A DNA stretch of 57,888 nucleotides, the filler included, from Jimgerdemannia flammicorona (Eukaryota): assembly GCA_003990765.1 (NCBI GenBank). It is 3 parts of 3 records of this genome, joined end to end, with 100 filler letters (N's around TTAATTAATTAA, not from the genome) between each part and the next. Parts side by side here need not be neighbours in the genome. Positions count along the whole stretch, not along the records: positions 1 to 19,233 come from RBNJ01001993.1; 2 more parts are not named here. One strand, 5' to 3'. Below the pieces are notes generated by a model. That model searched no databases. It saw only the letters and a program-made list of their open reading frames with translations, and was not told the origin of the DNA. The translations under genes were made by a program, and so were the position numbers. Below, piece by piece: positions 1 to 12,750 of the stretch. The first letter of the stretch is position 1. Each line of letters starts with the position of its first letter.

Positions 1-60
1 GAGGGGGAGGGGGAAGGGGAAGGGGAAGGGGAAGGGGAAGGGGAAGGGGAAGGGGAAGGT
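1..60 (+). repeat. (GARGGG)n hexamer repeat encoding poly-(Glu-Gly)
   Basis: About 10 units in frame with the downstream acidic DDSDADDSEYST sequence. Confidence 0.85.
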
Positions 61-3000
61 GACGACTCGGACGCGGACGACTCCGAGTACTCGACGACGG
101 AGTCCGAGTCGGACTCCGAAGATGGTGCGAACGTGCAGGCCACCGAGGACGTGGCTGATCTCATCGCTATGTCGGTGGACTCATCGCCCACAATCCAGAC
201 GTTGATGTACCAGAGTGTTCAGGTCGTGCGTTCCACGGTTCCAGATCAGGCACAGGAGGCGATCGTTATTCCGGAATTCTCGCGCATATCTTGGCCGATG
301 CCTGTGATAGCCACAGTGCCCGCCGCCGCGTTCGTTCCGTATGCCGTCGATACTACCTCAACTTCCGTCGCGCCTATCCCATCCCCTGTCATGAGTGTCT
401 CAATTCCTGCCATGCTTACCTCAGCCGCTGCCACTCCCGCCTCGGTCCCTGCCACGCCTGCCTCTGCCGCGCGCACTTCAATCCCTTCCACGCCCACCTC
501 AGTTCACTCCACGCTTTCTTCAACAGCTATTACGCCTACATCTAATTCCGTGGCTTCTGCTAGTCCTACGATTGTCAAGACTTTCGCCCAGGTCTCGCTC
601 TACACACCAACGGTAGACTCCTTTACGCACGATTCGGGCCACACAGACAACCACGCCCCTGGCTCGAACGCGGCCGAGCCCGTCAACATGTTTGCGATGC
701 AGCAGAAGCTCAAGCGGCCGATACTTCGGTCCTCCGTCATCGGCCAGCCGAAACTGTTACCAGCACTGCCGTCTACCCATACGCAATTACTGCCGAAGCT
801 GCCAGCACTGCCACCTACCTCCACGCAATTGCCATCTACCCCCACGCAATTGCCACCTAACCCCATACAATTGCCGCCAGAACACGCGGAGTCCCAGTTC
901 CCGAACACGGTGGCCGCCACGCCGCAGCAGTTCCAGCGTTACATGGACTCGCATTCTACGTCCAAAGTACTGTTTCTGGACGTTCGACCGCGCGAGGATT
1001 TTGAGACGGCGCGTGTCAAGCACCGGTGTGTGGTCAATATCGACCCGGCGTTGATAAGAAATGGGTAATTTTGTTTTGTTTTTGTTTTTTGTTTTTCGTT
1101 GGGGAGCGGAGGAAGGAATCACTTGCCGACGAAAGAACCACTCACGGTGATCTTTATATGCCCATCATTGCTTGCTATCCACTTTGGCAGAGTTACAAGT
1201 GCGGATTTAGAATCCGCGCTCGCCACCGCCGCTAGGAACAGTGGAAATCGATCACGAGCAGTCGAGTTATCCTTTTTCAACCAACGCCACATATTCGACA
1301 TCATCATGTACTACGACAAGTGCACGTCGTCGACCAAGGCACCGACGAATCCCTTCGATCCGTTGCGGCAGCTGATCCAAGCGCTTTACGAGCGGGAGTT
1401 TTCGGCCAAAAGCCTCCCGCGGCCGCCCATTCTCCTGATCGGCGGCTTCGATGGCTGGGCGCGATGTTGGGGCGCAGACAAGGTGGTTGGGACAATGGCC
1501 GACGCCGGGAACAGCAAGACGGAGATGTACCCGTCAGTGGAGGACGGTGCAGAGCTCAGCAGCGTCCGTCGGCAGTCGTGGCGAGGATCGGCTGATGCGG
1601 CGGCGACTTTCGTGAGTGCTGGGCAGATGAGTGGCGGACAGGCCACAAGCCAGGTGAAAGTGCAACAGAGTGGCAGTAACGTGAACGACTACGTATGTAT
1701 CTCCTTTCATACACATCGTTACAACGGTTTTGTGTACAAGCTTACTATGCCCATTCTGCCCACCCATAAATTTAACATTGTTCGATATGACAATCCAGTT
1801 CCACCCGTTTTCGCAAACCAGTATGACGCATCATGATAATGTATGTTTGAGATGTTACTGTTGCGTAGATATTTAACAATTCGGAAGGGGAGAGGGGGGT
1901 TATTATCTATACCCCCAAAGAATCAAAAGAATATTAATTACTCATCGCGGTACCATATACGTTTCAATACCAACACTCTTCCCCATTCGCTCTTGCTACT
2001 GGCACGACACCGATGACCATCAAGCCTTTGTCGAAGTTACCACAAAATAACACATCGTCTGCCTTCATACCTTCGCCCATCACACCTGACTCTCCTCGAA
2101 CACCATCCGAGTTGCCGATCCCGGATTATTCACGCCCGCGCCTACCATCAAATCCTCCCGTCATAAACTCTTTCCCGACACTTACGTTCGATCACCAGTC
2201 CAGAGGTGCCTCCATGCCTATGAATTCCGGTCCATCGGTAATGAGCTTAACTAACGCTGCCGGACATCCACCGAAATCCAACAATGTCTCCGTGTCTTCA
2301 GCCCCCTTTCCACAACCATGGTTGCCTTACAATACGTCCACTCAACCAAGCTCGCAGGCTGCTCATAATGCAAACAATCCGTCATATCGTGGCAACCTTT
2401 ATCCTCCCCTTACCAATCTTTCTAACACCTCGGCAAACGATGTGTCGTCCTACAACACGGACAACATATACCCCCAAATTCCATCCTTCCCCCGATCTCA
2501 GCACGTATCCACCCCTTTGGCGAATTGGCCACAGACAACGAGTACACCACTAGATTCCTCCACACCACCGAACCACAACTCTGCGCCGGCGTCCCATACG
2601 CTCGTCAGTCCATATCAGCCGCAGCTGCATCAGACACAGACGATACAATACAGTTGGCCGCCGAACCCGAATTCTGCGCCGACTCAGACATCAAATCAGA
2701 ACACCAACACTTACTTTACGAATTCAAGGCAGATACCGCCACTACAACCTATCAACACAGACTTTTCTCAACAGCACTCGTATCAAAACACGTATGCGCC
2801 GGATCCGCTATCCACTCGAGTCGGCGAATATTCCAACTATTATACGCAACCGCAGCCATCATTACATCAACGGCCGCACTCGGCAGGTAATCCTCCTACC
2901 CACGTCCCTGCCACCTCTTCAGTATTGGCCGTGGAACAGTGGCGTCGCGCGATCGCGCGACCTGCTCAGGTTCCACATGCGAATTTGCCCGCCACCTCTC

Positions 3001-3590
3001 TTCAGGAGCTCAAGGGTCGAGCATTGGTGAGTGTTCTGGAAAAGGAGAACTATTTGATTAGCGGATGGATTAGCTTGGCGAAAAAACTGGGTGAACAGGT
3101 GGGTTCAAACGATGGGTTTGTCGAGATATAAGTATATATACTAGTCAGAAGCATTCTGTTCCACACCTTGCTAATAAGATTTAGTGGCCGACCTGTCCCT
3201 TAGGGAACGGAATGTGATGGGCAGGACGACCTTGAAAACGCATATGTTTCATATCGAAAGTGTATCAGGTAAGCTAATAGAAAGCTATCAGTTGTATGTT
3301 GAAATTCTTGTCATTACTTTTATATTCACTCATCTGTTCTCCCTCATGCCAGCATCGTCTTTGAAATCATTCCAGTACATTCTGGCTATGCAATTATTCG
3401 GAATGACGAGAGATATTTGGCTCTTCGAAAGGTATACAGGAGAGGCAAAATATCTATTTAGCAATTTCGTGGTTCTTACAGCGCTCTAAATGTTTCTTAC
3501 GTTTCATCGAATCAGGTGGCGGGCACGTATATGCCCCGCCTCGAAGAGATTACCCGGATTTTGATGCAGAGGTTCAACGCTTCTAGATAA
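1..3590 (+). CDS. 5'-partial Doa4/USP8 paralogue: acidic/low-complexity region, rhodanese-like domain, Pro/Ser/Gln-rich linker, C-terminal USP8-dimer/MIT-like domain; no UCH catalytic domain in the window
   Basis: Inferred exons <1-1064, 1191-1692, 1799-1840, ~2025-3098 (acceptor uncertain), 3204-3268, 3353-3431, 3516-3590; GT-AG and phase-consistent. Rhodanese segment VLFLDVRPREDFE...FDIIMYYD...LYEREFSAKSLPRPPILLIGGFDGW matches the neighbour's [13 protein letters not shown]...FDLIVYYD...[25 protein letters not shown]-terminus ATSLQELKGRALV...[37 protein letters not shown]...LRK|VAGTYMPRLEEIT matches the neighbour's N-terminus. Confidence 0.7.
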
Positions 3591-4117
3591 TCAAGATTGT
3601 CCTCCACAGTGATATATATACTAGAACTATTTAATCAATGCCATATTTTATAACACAACATAATACAAATTTTGACTTCGATTTTAAGTGCAGGCAAAAT
3701 TGGGCTATGTCGAAATACTACATACATTACTGGTAAACCCGCGAGTCACCCTCACCCAGTCCACTACAAGCGGTTGAAATAATTGATGTATAAAATGAAT
3801 TATGTGAAGTATTTTGATGTATTCACAACATAGAGAATATAGAATACAGCAGTGAGGGGAAACATTACGACAAAGTATTACAAAAATCTGTATTAGGGAA
3901 ATAACAAAAACAAACGGAGAAAAAAGTTCAATAGTAAATATACAACTGAATTATGTGCAAAAACAGCACAATCCACATATATATATACATATTGCTATAC
4001 AACCGAAATCGGGGTTCTGCCTGATAGAAATGTTCCTTCGTCGCCATCAATGGCTTCACCGAATGGATATACAATATAATTACCGCTCCAAATGAGTCAC
4101 ACTAAGCATTTTGATCA

Positions 4118-7100
4118 TCACACAGTCGATTTGACGTAGTAAAGTGTGTAGGCGGCGCGCGACTGTTGGGTGAAAATGTGCACACAACGAAGGAAAAATT
4201 AGCAGAACCCTTGTTTTGCCTGATCGAGTTCAGTCACGATACAGAAACCACCGTGGGTATGGTGATGCAGCGAATGCATAAACATGCTAAAACACCCATT
4301 TGAAACTATAACGGAGAAGGAAGGCAATATTTCCGTACGCATACCAGCCCGATATGCAAGATGAAAATCAATCAATCGCCACACTTACCACGACTGCACG
4401 TTCGTCCTCGAGCACTGAGAACCGCGAATCATCAAAATTGTGCCACTGGCCACGATAACCATTGCGTACAAACGCAGTATCTACGGATAGCAGTATCGAT
4501 GATGAAATGAAAAGAGATATGAGAAAACGACGTCTAGCAATCATGAAACTACTCTATGTATGATGTCTTTCATATGAATTCAGCAACAAAACAGTCGATG
4601 CAGAGAATACTAACAATGTCCACCGTTGAGCCCGCCAAAGTGGTTCTATGATGAAAAAAACAGCATCGAAGAAAGGAAAGGGCAATATGTTAGGATCGAT
4701 TATTAACTTTTCGCACGATCAGTTTGTAGAACACACATGGTAGATAAACTTCAAAGAAAGACATCATTACCGAAACAGCATAAAGATCATAAAGGGAATG
4801 TCCGTTCGGGGCGACCACGCCGTTGGGGCCCTTGATCGCACCGTTCAAAAAATAAGATGGCATAAAGGGGGTCAAATCCAACCCCCTAGCAAGCGAAAAG
4901 GCAAATATGGCGTTCATTAGAGTTTGTCATAGTCCACCAATTGTATCATGATTTCTTCAAACAGTGTTTGATGACAATGCATGATATACTATACATACCT
5001 GAGCGGGAATTCTACCATCGTCTCAAGTTTGTCACGGAATGGTCCATTGAACGAAAAGCGCTTTAAATGGATGAGAAGCACGTCCGGCAGCCGTGAAAGA
5101 GTGAGACGTTTTGACGCTCGTCGCCGAATCTTGCAACGCGGGCATAGCCTGAAATTGGATAGAAAGATACGGTATGTGGCGATCGGAATGAATGTCCAAG
5201 CCGCGTGATTCAAGATTGACAAAGTTATCACTCAACATACCACGCGTCAGTTCCCTCCAAAACCTCTTCGCGCACGAATTTATCGAGGCATTGTATCAGT
5301 GTCACTCTTCCCTGCCCGGGTTTAGGGATCGGCAATGAGAGATACATGAACGTATTGTAGGTCGTCGATGTCTTGCGTTATATAAATAAAAAATGTGGAA
5401 TGTTGGTCTATAGCGCGAATATGCGAATAGGTTCACTGATCAACACGATCGTCAGGCACTCTTTTCCTCGCCCATTTTCACATACCCCCCCTCGCTAATA
5501 AATAACCCAACTAATTTATCCTCCAACACAGTCCCCGAAGCTCACCTTTCTGCACGTCAAGCACTGAAGCATGTTCTTGAACTGCCCTTGGAACATGCTC
5601 ACAATGATGCTCGTGTTTCGCGTTAGGTATCTCTGCCACGCAAGCGTGCTTGCCTCCCAATCCGGCAACTTTTCGAAGCGTTCCTCCTCCTCCTCTGTGT
5701 CCGGGATTGCAGACGGCCGTTCCATGATTGTGTTGAGGTCCTCGTGTAGACCGTCGAGCAGGAAGGCGAGAAACTCTTGAGAATCCTGCTGTTCCGAACC
5801 CGCAAACTGGGGAGCGAAGCGGCCGATGGCTTCCTGTTGGACGTAAAAAATATGAGAGACTGAAATTTTGATCGAGGACTGAAACATACACCTCGAATTC
5901 ATATACGAACTGTAATCACGAGTGGTAACTCGTAGAACACATACCCTGAAGGTGACCGGCGAAACAAATGAGTACGATTCGCTCCACATCACACGAATGA
6001 GATTTGCGTAGGCTTCGGCGAGGACACCCTTTGTACCTAGCGGGTTTTGCTTGTTTATGTGATGTTTGTAAGACCCAGCTAGTATATTTTGTTGAAACAA
6101 AAATGGAAAGTCAAACTCATTAGCGAATCGGGCAGAAATCCCGGATCAAAGCACACGCTCAACAACATCCCATGTTACACGATTGCTGAACAAAAATAAT
6201 AATAAATTAAGTACTCACTCAAGAAGTACCTCGCCAACGGTGTCGTCCCGCTTAGACACTGTATAACCGAATTCATAAAGCATGTGTTCCCCAAATTTTT
6301 CAGCCCCGTCGTCCCGATCGACACGGCACCCAACTGCGAGAACGAGCTCGGCGACATGGGTAGCTGGCCCGCGGCGGGCCTGATCCCGACGTTGGGGTCG
6401 ATGTTCGACACGTGGTTCTTGGGCGGGATGGGCGGCGGCTGTGGTGGAGCGGGTCCGCCAAGAGCCGGGGGCGGCGGAACAGGCCGGCTGGGTTTCGGGG
6501 CGAGCGCGGGCGGCGGAGGCTCGTAGAGAGTGTTGGTGCTCGCAGTGGAGGTAAAGCCATTGTACGGGTTGTCAATGAAGGTATTGCGACGACTGAGACG
6601 GGTCGCGCCAGCGGCCGCAATCGTGCCTGCAGCGGATGCAGGGACGCCAGCGGATACAGCGCCAGGATATACCGTATTGTTCGGTTGCGCGGTCGCAGGG
6701 TCGATGGACATGGGCTCATCGCTCAATATACGTTGTTGGATCAGCGGCGGTTGTGGTACTGAAGAGGGACGATATGGCTGCGGTATAGGCATGTTCATTT
6801 GAACCGGTGGCGGTACACTGGCCTGATAGCCATTGTACTGCGTGATGGGCGGGGCGGCTGGGCCGAAATTTGGTTTAACCATAGATTGAACGTTGTTCCC
6901 GTCGCTTTGTTGGTGGAACTGGTAATGGTTTCGCAAATGTATATACATGAAAGCGATACCCGGTGCAAGTGTGGCAGGAGGGGAGTCGTATGCGAAACCC
7001 ACGTCAATGCTCGCCATAGAAATTAATAATAATAATAAATAAATAAATAAATAAAATAAAATAAAACTCACAAAATCAGTCACCGTCCGATTGATGGGTG

Positions 7101-9330
7101 GGAGCTCCGTCGTGTTTGCTCTACCTGGCGGCATCCTAGGGACATAGGCAGTCGTAGGAACAACACCACCGCCCACCCCTCGCGATGCGACGTTTTCCTT
7201 CTGTGTATTTTCAGCTGATCCTCCTCTGCTCCCGCCATCCTCCTTGAACACGTACACTCCTTTGTCCTTGGTATATGCGCGCCACGCCTCAAACCCGCCC
7301 ACCAACAGAACCGGCGTCCTCGGCAGGGACTTCGTGAACTCGTTCTCGTAGATGGCATTTTTGAGATTCTTAAGCGGGCTCACGTATGCGTAACCATTGA
7401 CACCAGATGGAGTGTTGTCCGATATGGAATTGCGGTCGTAGTAGACGATCAGGTCGAACCGATTGCGATTCGCGAACAGAAGTTTGTCGGTTTCGGGGTT
7501 CATGATGAGCGAGGATTCGATGTCGACGGATGTAATACTATCCAAGCAAGCGAAGGGGGGAGGAGTATTTAGCACACTCAATCGTAAAAAAACCCAATAT
7601 TTATAAATCACCAGGAACAGAAGGTGTCGCTATATAAACAATCTTTCCCTTTAACTTGTACTCATCACGCATCACTCCGCCCAGTTTTGTCCTCTCTTTT
7701 TCCGGGAGAGGGAGAGAATCATTTTCCACCTCTATCCACTACAACATACACAAAACGACATTGTGTAGCTTCCTCCTCTTTTTCTTTCCAACGTAACAAA
7801 ATATAACACGAAATGGCAACGGCAATATTAACAAAAAGGGAAGCATCCCCAATACCTACTTATTCCGTAATGTCAAAGGCTCCACTTGTATGATATACTT
7901 GTGTCTAACACATCCTCTCTCAAACTCCTCCTTCGGCCTCACGTCCATTAGCAGCACCGACGGCGGGTTCTGCTGTTGCGTCAGGTACTTGGCCAGCTGC
8001 TCTGGCATAATCGTCAGGGTCATCGGGAAATCGTTGTTCGTGAGCGAGGGAAGCGGGAACGTCGGTATAGCCTGGCCGGAAGAAGGCGGTGTGCCTGCAG
8101 CGTTCAAATGATTCGAGCCTGGGACCGGGATTAAGGATGGAATGACGGTCGAGCCCGGTGGCTGCCACGAGGCCGGTTTGGTCGAGGCTGGGGGCGGTTG
8201 CGGGGCGCCCACAACCCAATTTTGGGGTTTCGTGGAGGTCGAGGGAATGGGCGGCTGGGACTTCGATTTTTGGTTCGGCGGTGATATCTTGGCGCGGTTT
8301 GGAGAGGGAAGGCTGCTGGGCGGGGAGGGTAGGGAATCTAAGGCGCTGAGGTAACGCTCATGTGACTGTGTGGTGGGCTGTGTGGTGGGCTGTGAAGGCG
8401 GACGGTTGGAAGACGAAGCCGACCGAGGGTTGGAGTCAAATGATGATCGGCCGGACGCGCCGCCTCCGTTCTGAGAGGATTTAAATTGACCCTCAATAAT
8501 CCCAGCTATTTCCTCCACCTTAAGAAGGATTTTCTCGACGGTGCGCTGCATGAAATAAATGTCACACCAATATGATGAGATTTCTCACCGTCGAGAGGCA
8601 CTACTACAAACCGGTCGCCGACCAAGCAGATAACTCAACTACATGCAAACCAAGCATAATACTAATATGCTCACCTTCCGCAGATCAAAATAAGCCGGGT
8701 CCTTGCTACTTAATAACGTGCCGTACTGCGAATGTTTCGGTAAGATTTCTACAATAATTCTGTGTGCAGCATAGAATTTGTTAATATAAAGAGGATGCGG
8801 AATCTGAGGTATGTCAAAGTTATGAAACACCACTTACGTGCAACCCTTGAGATAGGAAACGTATGCGTTTTCAAGATCGCCAGAGGCGTAGGAAGCATCG
8901 CCCTAGGTATATTTTCAAAAAAAAAAAAAAAAGAGAGACAGAGAGAGAGAGAGAGAACGTTGCGATGGATATTAATAACGGAATGTGAGCCTCTGGTAAT
9001 CCAGTAGTTCTATCAAGAACTTGGGTGGTTTATTGGCAATCTTTTCTGGACGATTAGCTAGCATTTCGCCAATTGAATCGGTCGAATGGCACTGCTCAAG
9101 ACCTGCCAACCCCACTCTCACCTCCTTTCATCAAGCACCAAATAACCCAATCTCCCCCTTACCTGCTCATACGCCTTGGCTGCTGAATTAATCCACGCTC
9201 TAATGCCATACTTGTCGGCGTCCCCCGTGGAGACAACGGCGCGGGCTCTGAGCTCGGCGAGAGATGTGGCGGGAGCCTGGGGAACGCCGGCAGGACCAAA
9301 CGGGTGTGGCGAGGGTGCTGGTCCGCTCAT
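4118..9330 (-). CDS. DOA4: Ubiquitin C-terminal hydrolase, Doa4/Ubp4/USP8 family (USP8-dimer/MIT - rhodanese - peptidase C19)
   Basis: 14 phase-consistent exons: 9330-9163, 8902-8838, 8759-8675, 8545-7860, 7537-7072, 6918-6219, 6078-5945, 5833-5546, 5371-5241, 5148-4999, 4885-4771, 4645-4615, 4480-4389, 4162-4118. Cys box [50 protein letters not shown], His box [32 protein letters not shown]. Confidence 0.95.
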
Positions 9331-9427
9331 GTTCTCTTTGTGGGTGTTGTGTGTTGTGTTTCGGTGTAGAGCTTGGAACGGAGGCTCGAGCAAAAGAAAG
9401 GGTCTGGTCCTCAGCGTGACTTCCGTT

Positions 9428-9435
9428 TGACGTCA
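9428..9435. promoter_or_regulatory. Perfect CRE/ATF (bZIP) palindrome TGACGTCA about 100 bp upstream of the DOA4 ATG
   Basis: Sequence match and position only; a CCAAT on the minus strand lies about 20 bp further upstream. Confidence 0.35.
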
Positions 9436-9882
9436 CCTTGGGCCGTCACCCATTGGTCAGGTGCTCGCTACAATCCTCTTGGCAGGAGGATGATCACCTT
9501 CCCTTCATACAACCCACATGCACCACCAAAGACCAAATAAATCTACGCATATAGTTATGTGTGCCATATGTATATATATATATATATATAATGTGAACCC
9601 GTTGGCAAGGTATTCAACGTCTAAGATAAGGTATGATATATGTGCATGATGTAACTACATGTGTGGCAATGAAAGGTTGTTCACACAATCTGACGATAAA
9701 GGAATGTAGAAGAAAGAGGGTAATTGCGAGTACGAGATAGGTGAGAGAGTCAAAATCCATGAGGGCTAGTATCAAAAATCAAATACGCCCAATTATCTGG
9801 CTTAATGTCGGTTTTCTCAAATACAAAACTAAGGGCGGCCATGAACTCTCGGCGTGCCTGTCTCTTCCGGCCCTAACCCTCC

Positions 9883-12750
9883 CTAGACCTCCATGCTCAC
9901 CTCCCTATACCAATCGATCCCCTCCCTGACCCTATCTCCAATCAACCATCCCGCGACCTTCTCCGACCCCTCTTTTGCACCCATGACCCCGTTCACATTA
10001 ATCCCTTCACCCTCGTCATCCTCGCTCCCCGGCGCGCTACTCGACGCGCTCCCCGATCGACTCCTCGCCATGCCGACCTTCTCCGCCCCCGCCGCCGCAG
10101 CCTCGACCCTGATCTCCATCAGGTGCCGGATGTTGGCCTCGGATCTTCCGCCCACAAGATAGTCGCACATACGCTGGCGCTCGCGGTCCTGCAGGCAGGC
10201 CATGATGATTTCGCCTAGGATCGGGTCTACATTCTCGGGGATCGTGGGCATCGTCTGGTTCGGATCCGGGGCTGGGACGCCGGCCTCCTCGAGGCGCTGT
10301 AGTAACGCAAGATGGTACAGATGGCTTCGGGCCTCGTGCAGCTGATCCGTGCGCATAACGTCCAGGAGCCGTGTGGTGACGTCATAGACCTCGTACGAGG
10401 AGAGGACGCCCTGCTGGGCGAGCGTGAGGATCGAATCGAGGGTGGCTGCGTAGTGGTTATGGTGGTGCGGGAAGCAGAGCTGGTAGTGGCGCTGCAGGCA
10501 GACATGTTGCGCTTCGCGGGCGTGGGCTTCGAACGTGGAGAGGTAGTAAGCGAGCATGCGCTTCTTGTGGATTGGTGGGTGTTGAGGGTGCGTGATTTTG
10601 GAGTAAAGAGCGGTGGGGGTGGGCATAGGTGGTGGTGGGGGAGGATGCGCATATGGATAAGGTGGAGGATGGCCCTGAAAGCCCGGAGACATTTGCTGTT
10701 GCGGCGACATTCCCCGCGGTTGTAGCAACGGCGAACGTTGGGGCGAACGTTGGGGAGGAGGCAGCTGTGGAGAGCTCGAACGAAGAGATTCGTTGCTTGC
10801 ATGTCTTGAATTGGGAAGCGAACGTGGACCGTCTGTCCCATCAGGGAACGAACCGAGGACAGGGGAAGCATGCAGCATTTGCGGGTTCGGGTGCACATGT
10901 TGATGCTGATAGTAGGGCTGTGCGGGATACAAGTGCATCGGCGCCTGGTGGTTCGGGTACGGCCGACCTTGGGGCTGTGCTTCATCCGGTGGTGGCATCG
11001 TCATCTGTGTCTGTGGTGGAATAAACTCGGAGGGCGGACGCTGACGGAAGCTGGGTTTCCTGTACGCCTGTTGCACACGCAGCTTACGCCGCGTTGACGA
11101 GTTCCGTCGCACAATTTGCGTGAGAGACCGCCGTTTTGCCATCGCGCTCGCCGTTGCGCCCGATACCGCCTCCCCATCGTCCACGAAATCTGACGGGGGT
11201 AGTTGTTCTACACAATCAGACGGTGGCATAACGTCTTGCGCTTCGGCTTCCGTTTCGTTCTGATTTTCCTCCATTACGATAAGTACTTTCTCTTCTGCTG
11301 TAATCGCTACTGTAGTCTCCTTTACCTCCATCGTCTTTTTTACCTCTATCGTCTCCTTTGCCTTCGTCGTCTCCTTCGCCTCCGTCGTCTCCTTTGCCTC
11401 CGTCGTCTCCTTTGCCTCCGTCGTCTCCTTTGCCTCCGTCGTCTCCTTTGCCTCCGTCGTCTCCTTTGCCTCCGTCGTCTCCTTTGCCTCCGCCGTTTCC
11501 TTTGTCTCCGTCGTTTCCTTTGTCTCCGTCGTCTCTTTTGTCTCCGTCGTCTCTTTTGCCTCCTCATTTTTTTCAGAAACCACGATGTCTGCCTTGATGC
11601 TCTCGGTACCGAACCGTGACGCCAATTCCGAATATTCCTCTACCAGCATCCGAACCATCTCCTTGTTTCCATCATTTTCGCATTTCATCATCAACCACGC
11701 CCATACCTCTTCCATTCCTTCCTCAAACCCGATTTCGGAACAGCAAGCGAGCACACCGACCCCTTTCGCCAGATTGCCGCTAATTTCTCGCGTCCACTGC
11801 TTCGTGTACATAAGTCGAATCGTGGCGTAGAAATTGACCATATCTTCTTCGGAGACCCGCGGGGGCAGGCGCACGATAATCTGCTTGGACCCGGCAGCGA
11901 GCTGGTGCTTGAAGAAATTGGACTGGAAAAGGACGAGCGAATGCAGGTGGAGGACGGTGGGCACGCCCGCGCGCTGGGCCATACGGCCCTGATCTTCGAA
12001 GGCCAGGCGGACGTCCGAGTAGACGCGGCCGTGGGACCATAAGAGTTCGCCGACGGTAGGGTACGTGGTGGCGTTGCGGGAGGAGGGTTTGGAGGAGTTG
12101 GGCGAGCGCTGCGGTGTCGGCGGTGGAGAGGGAAGCTCCTTGTCAATGAAGATTTCGCCGATCGAGCGTCGCCGTTCGTCGGGTTCGTCTGTAGAATTCA
12201 CGGTGATAATGATGTGTTTGGGATCCACAGTGGTGGTGGAGAAAGTATCTTTCGTGGCTGGGTCAGCAGACGGGTTTGTGGACAAGGTCACAAGTTGAGC
12301 GGGGATAGATTCAGACAAAGGCGGCTGGCCAGACTTCACGTGCTCTCCTCGTTGTACCACAACATGTACAGACAGCACGTCCGACGACGGGGCTCGAATG
12401 GTGGTTGCCTCTTGCGCTGTTGCAGATGAGGGCCGTTGAATGGTCGAACCAGCCAGCTCCTGCCGTGACTCCTCGGCCACAGGCGAGGTCGCGATTGCTT
12501 GGTATGTTGCCGAGTTGACTTGATGCTGAAAGTCGACCTGTTGCTGAAAGTCCACCTGTTGGAGCTCCTGCCCCACCGGAGATGGTGGTGGAAGGCCCTT
12601 CATGGCAAAGGCGGGCCGGTTGTATTGATCTTCCGGTGGTGGTGTTGGGAGCATATGGGCTTCAACATGTTTTTCGAAGGTGGAGGGCAAGGGATAGGAT
12701 TTAGCGTCTGCCGGCGGTGTAGGCGGCAGTGCCCTTGTTGGAGAAGGCAT
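9883..12750 (-). CDS. 955-aa single-ORF protein with a BTB/POZ-like domain, ETTEAK repeats and Pro/Gln-rich regions
   Basis: Long ORF. YSDVRLAF...LHLHSLVLFQSNFFKHQL...FYATIRLMYT fits the BTB pattern SDV.l...HK.vL...S.yF...f..llrylYT. Confidence 0.8.
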   Translation of the reverse strand: MPSPTRALPPTPPADAKSYPLPSTFEKHVEAHMLPTPPPEDQYNRPAFAMKGLPPPSPVGQELQQVDFQQQVDFQHQVNSATYQAIATSPVAEESRQELAGSTIQRPSSATAQEATTIRAPSSDVLSVHVVVQRGEHVKSGQPPLSESIPAQLVTLSTNPSADPATKDTFSTTTVDPKHIIITVNSTDEPDERRRSIGEIFIDKELPSPPPTPQRSPNSSKPSSRNATTYPTVGELLWSHGRVYSDVRLAFEDQGRMAQRAGVPTVLHLHSLVLFQSNFFKHQLAAGSKQIIVRLPPRVSEEDMVNFYATIRLMYTKQWTREISGNLAKGVGVLACCSEIGFEEGMEEVWAWLMMKCENDGNKEMVRMLVEEYSELASRFGTESIKADIVVSEKNEEAKETTETKETTETKETTETKETAEAKETTEAKETTEAKETTEAKETTEAKETTEAKETTEAKETTKAKETIEVKKTMEVKETTVAITAEEKVLIVMEENQNETEAEAQDVMPPSDCVEQLPPSDFVDDGEAVSGATASAMAKRRSLTQIVRRNSSTRRKLRVQQAYRKPSFRQRPPSEFIPPQTQMTMPPPDEAQPQGRPYPNHQAPMHLYPAQPYYQHQHVHPNPQMLHASPVLGSFPDGTDGPRSLPNSRHASNESLRSSSPQLPPPQRSPQRSPLLQPRGMSPQQQMSPGFQGHPPPYPYAHPPPPPPMPTPTALYSKITHPQHPPIHKKRMLAYYLSTFEAHAREAQHVCLQRHYQLCFPHHHNHYAATLDSILTLAQQGVLSSYEVYDVTTRLLDVMRTDQLHEARSHLYHLALLQRLEEAGVPAPDPNQTMPTIPENVDPILGEIIMACLQDRERQRMCDYLVGGRSEANIRHLMEIRVEAAAAGAEKVGMARSRSGSASSSAPGSEDDEGEGINVNGVMGAKEGSEKVAGWLIGDRVREGIDWYREVSMEV
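11345..11560 (-). repeat. Coding 18-bp tandem repeat, about 12 copies (ETTEAK/ETTETK)
   Basis: (ctttgcctccgtcgtctc)n on the plus strand. Confidence 0.95.

Noticed and set aside
6919..7071. Hydrophobic, TM-like stretch in the 478-aa DOA4 ORF
   Set aside because: It is a 153-nt in-frame GT-AG intron whose position is shared with the paralogue.
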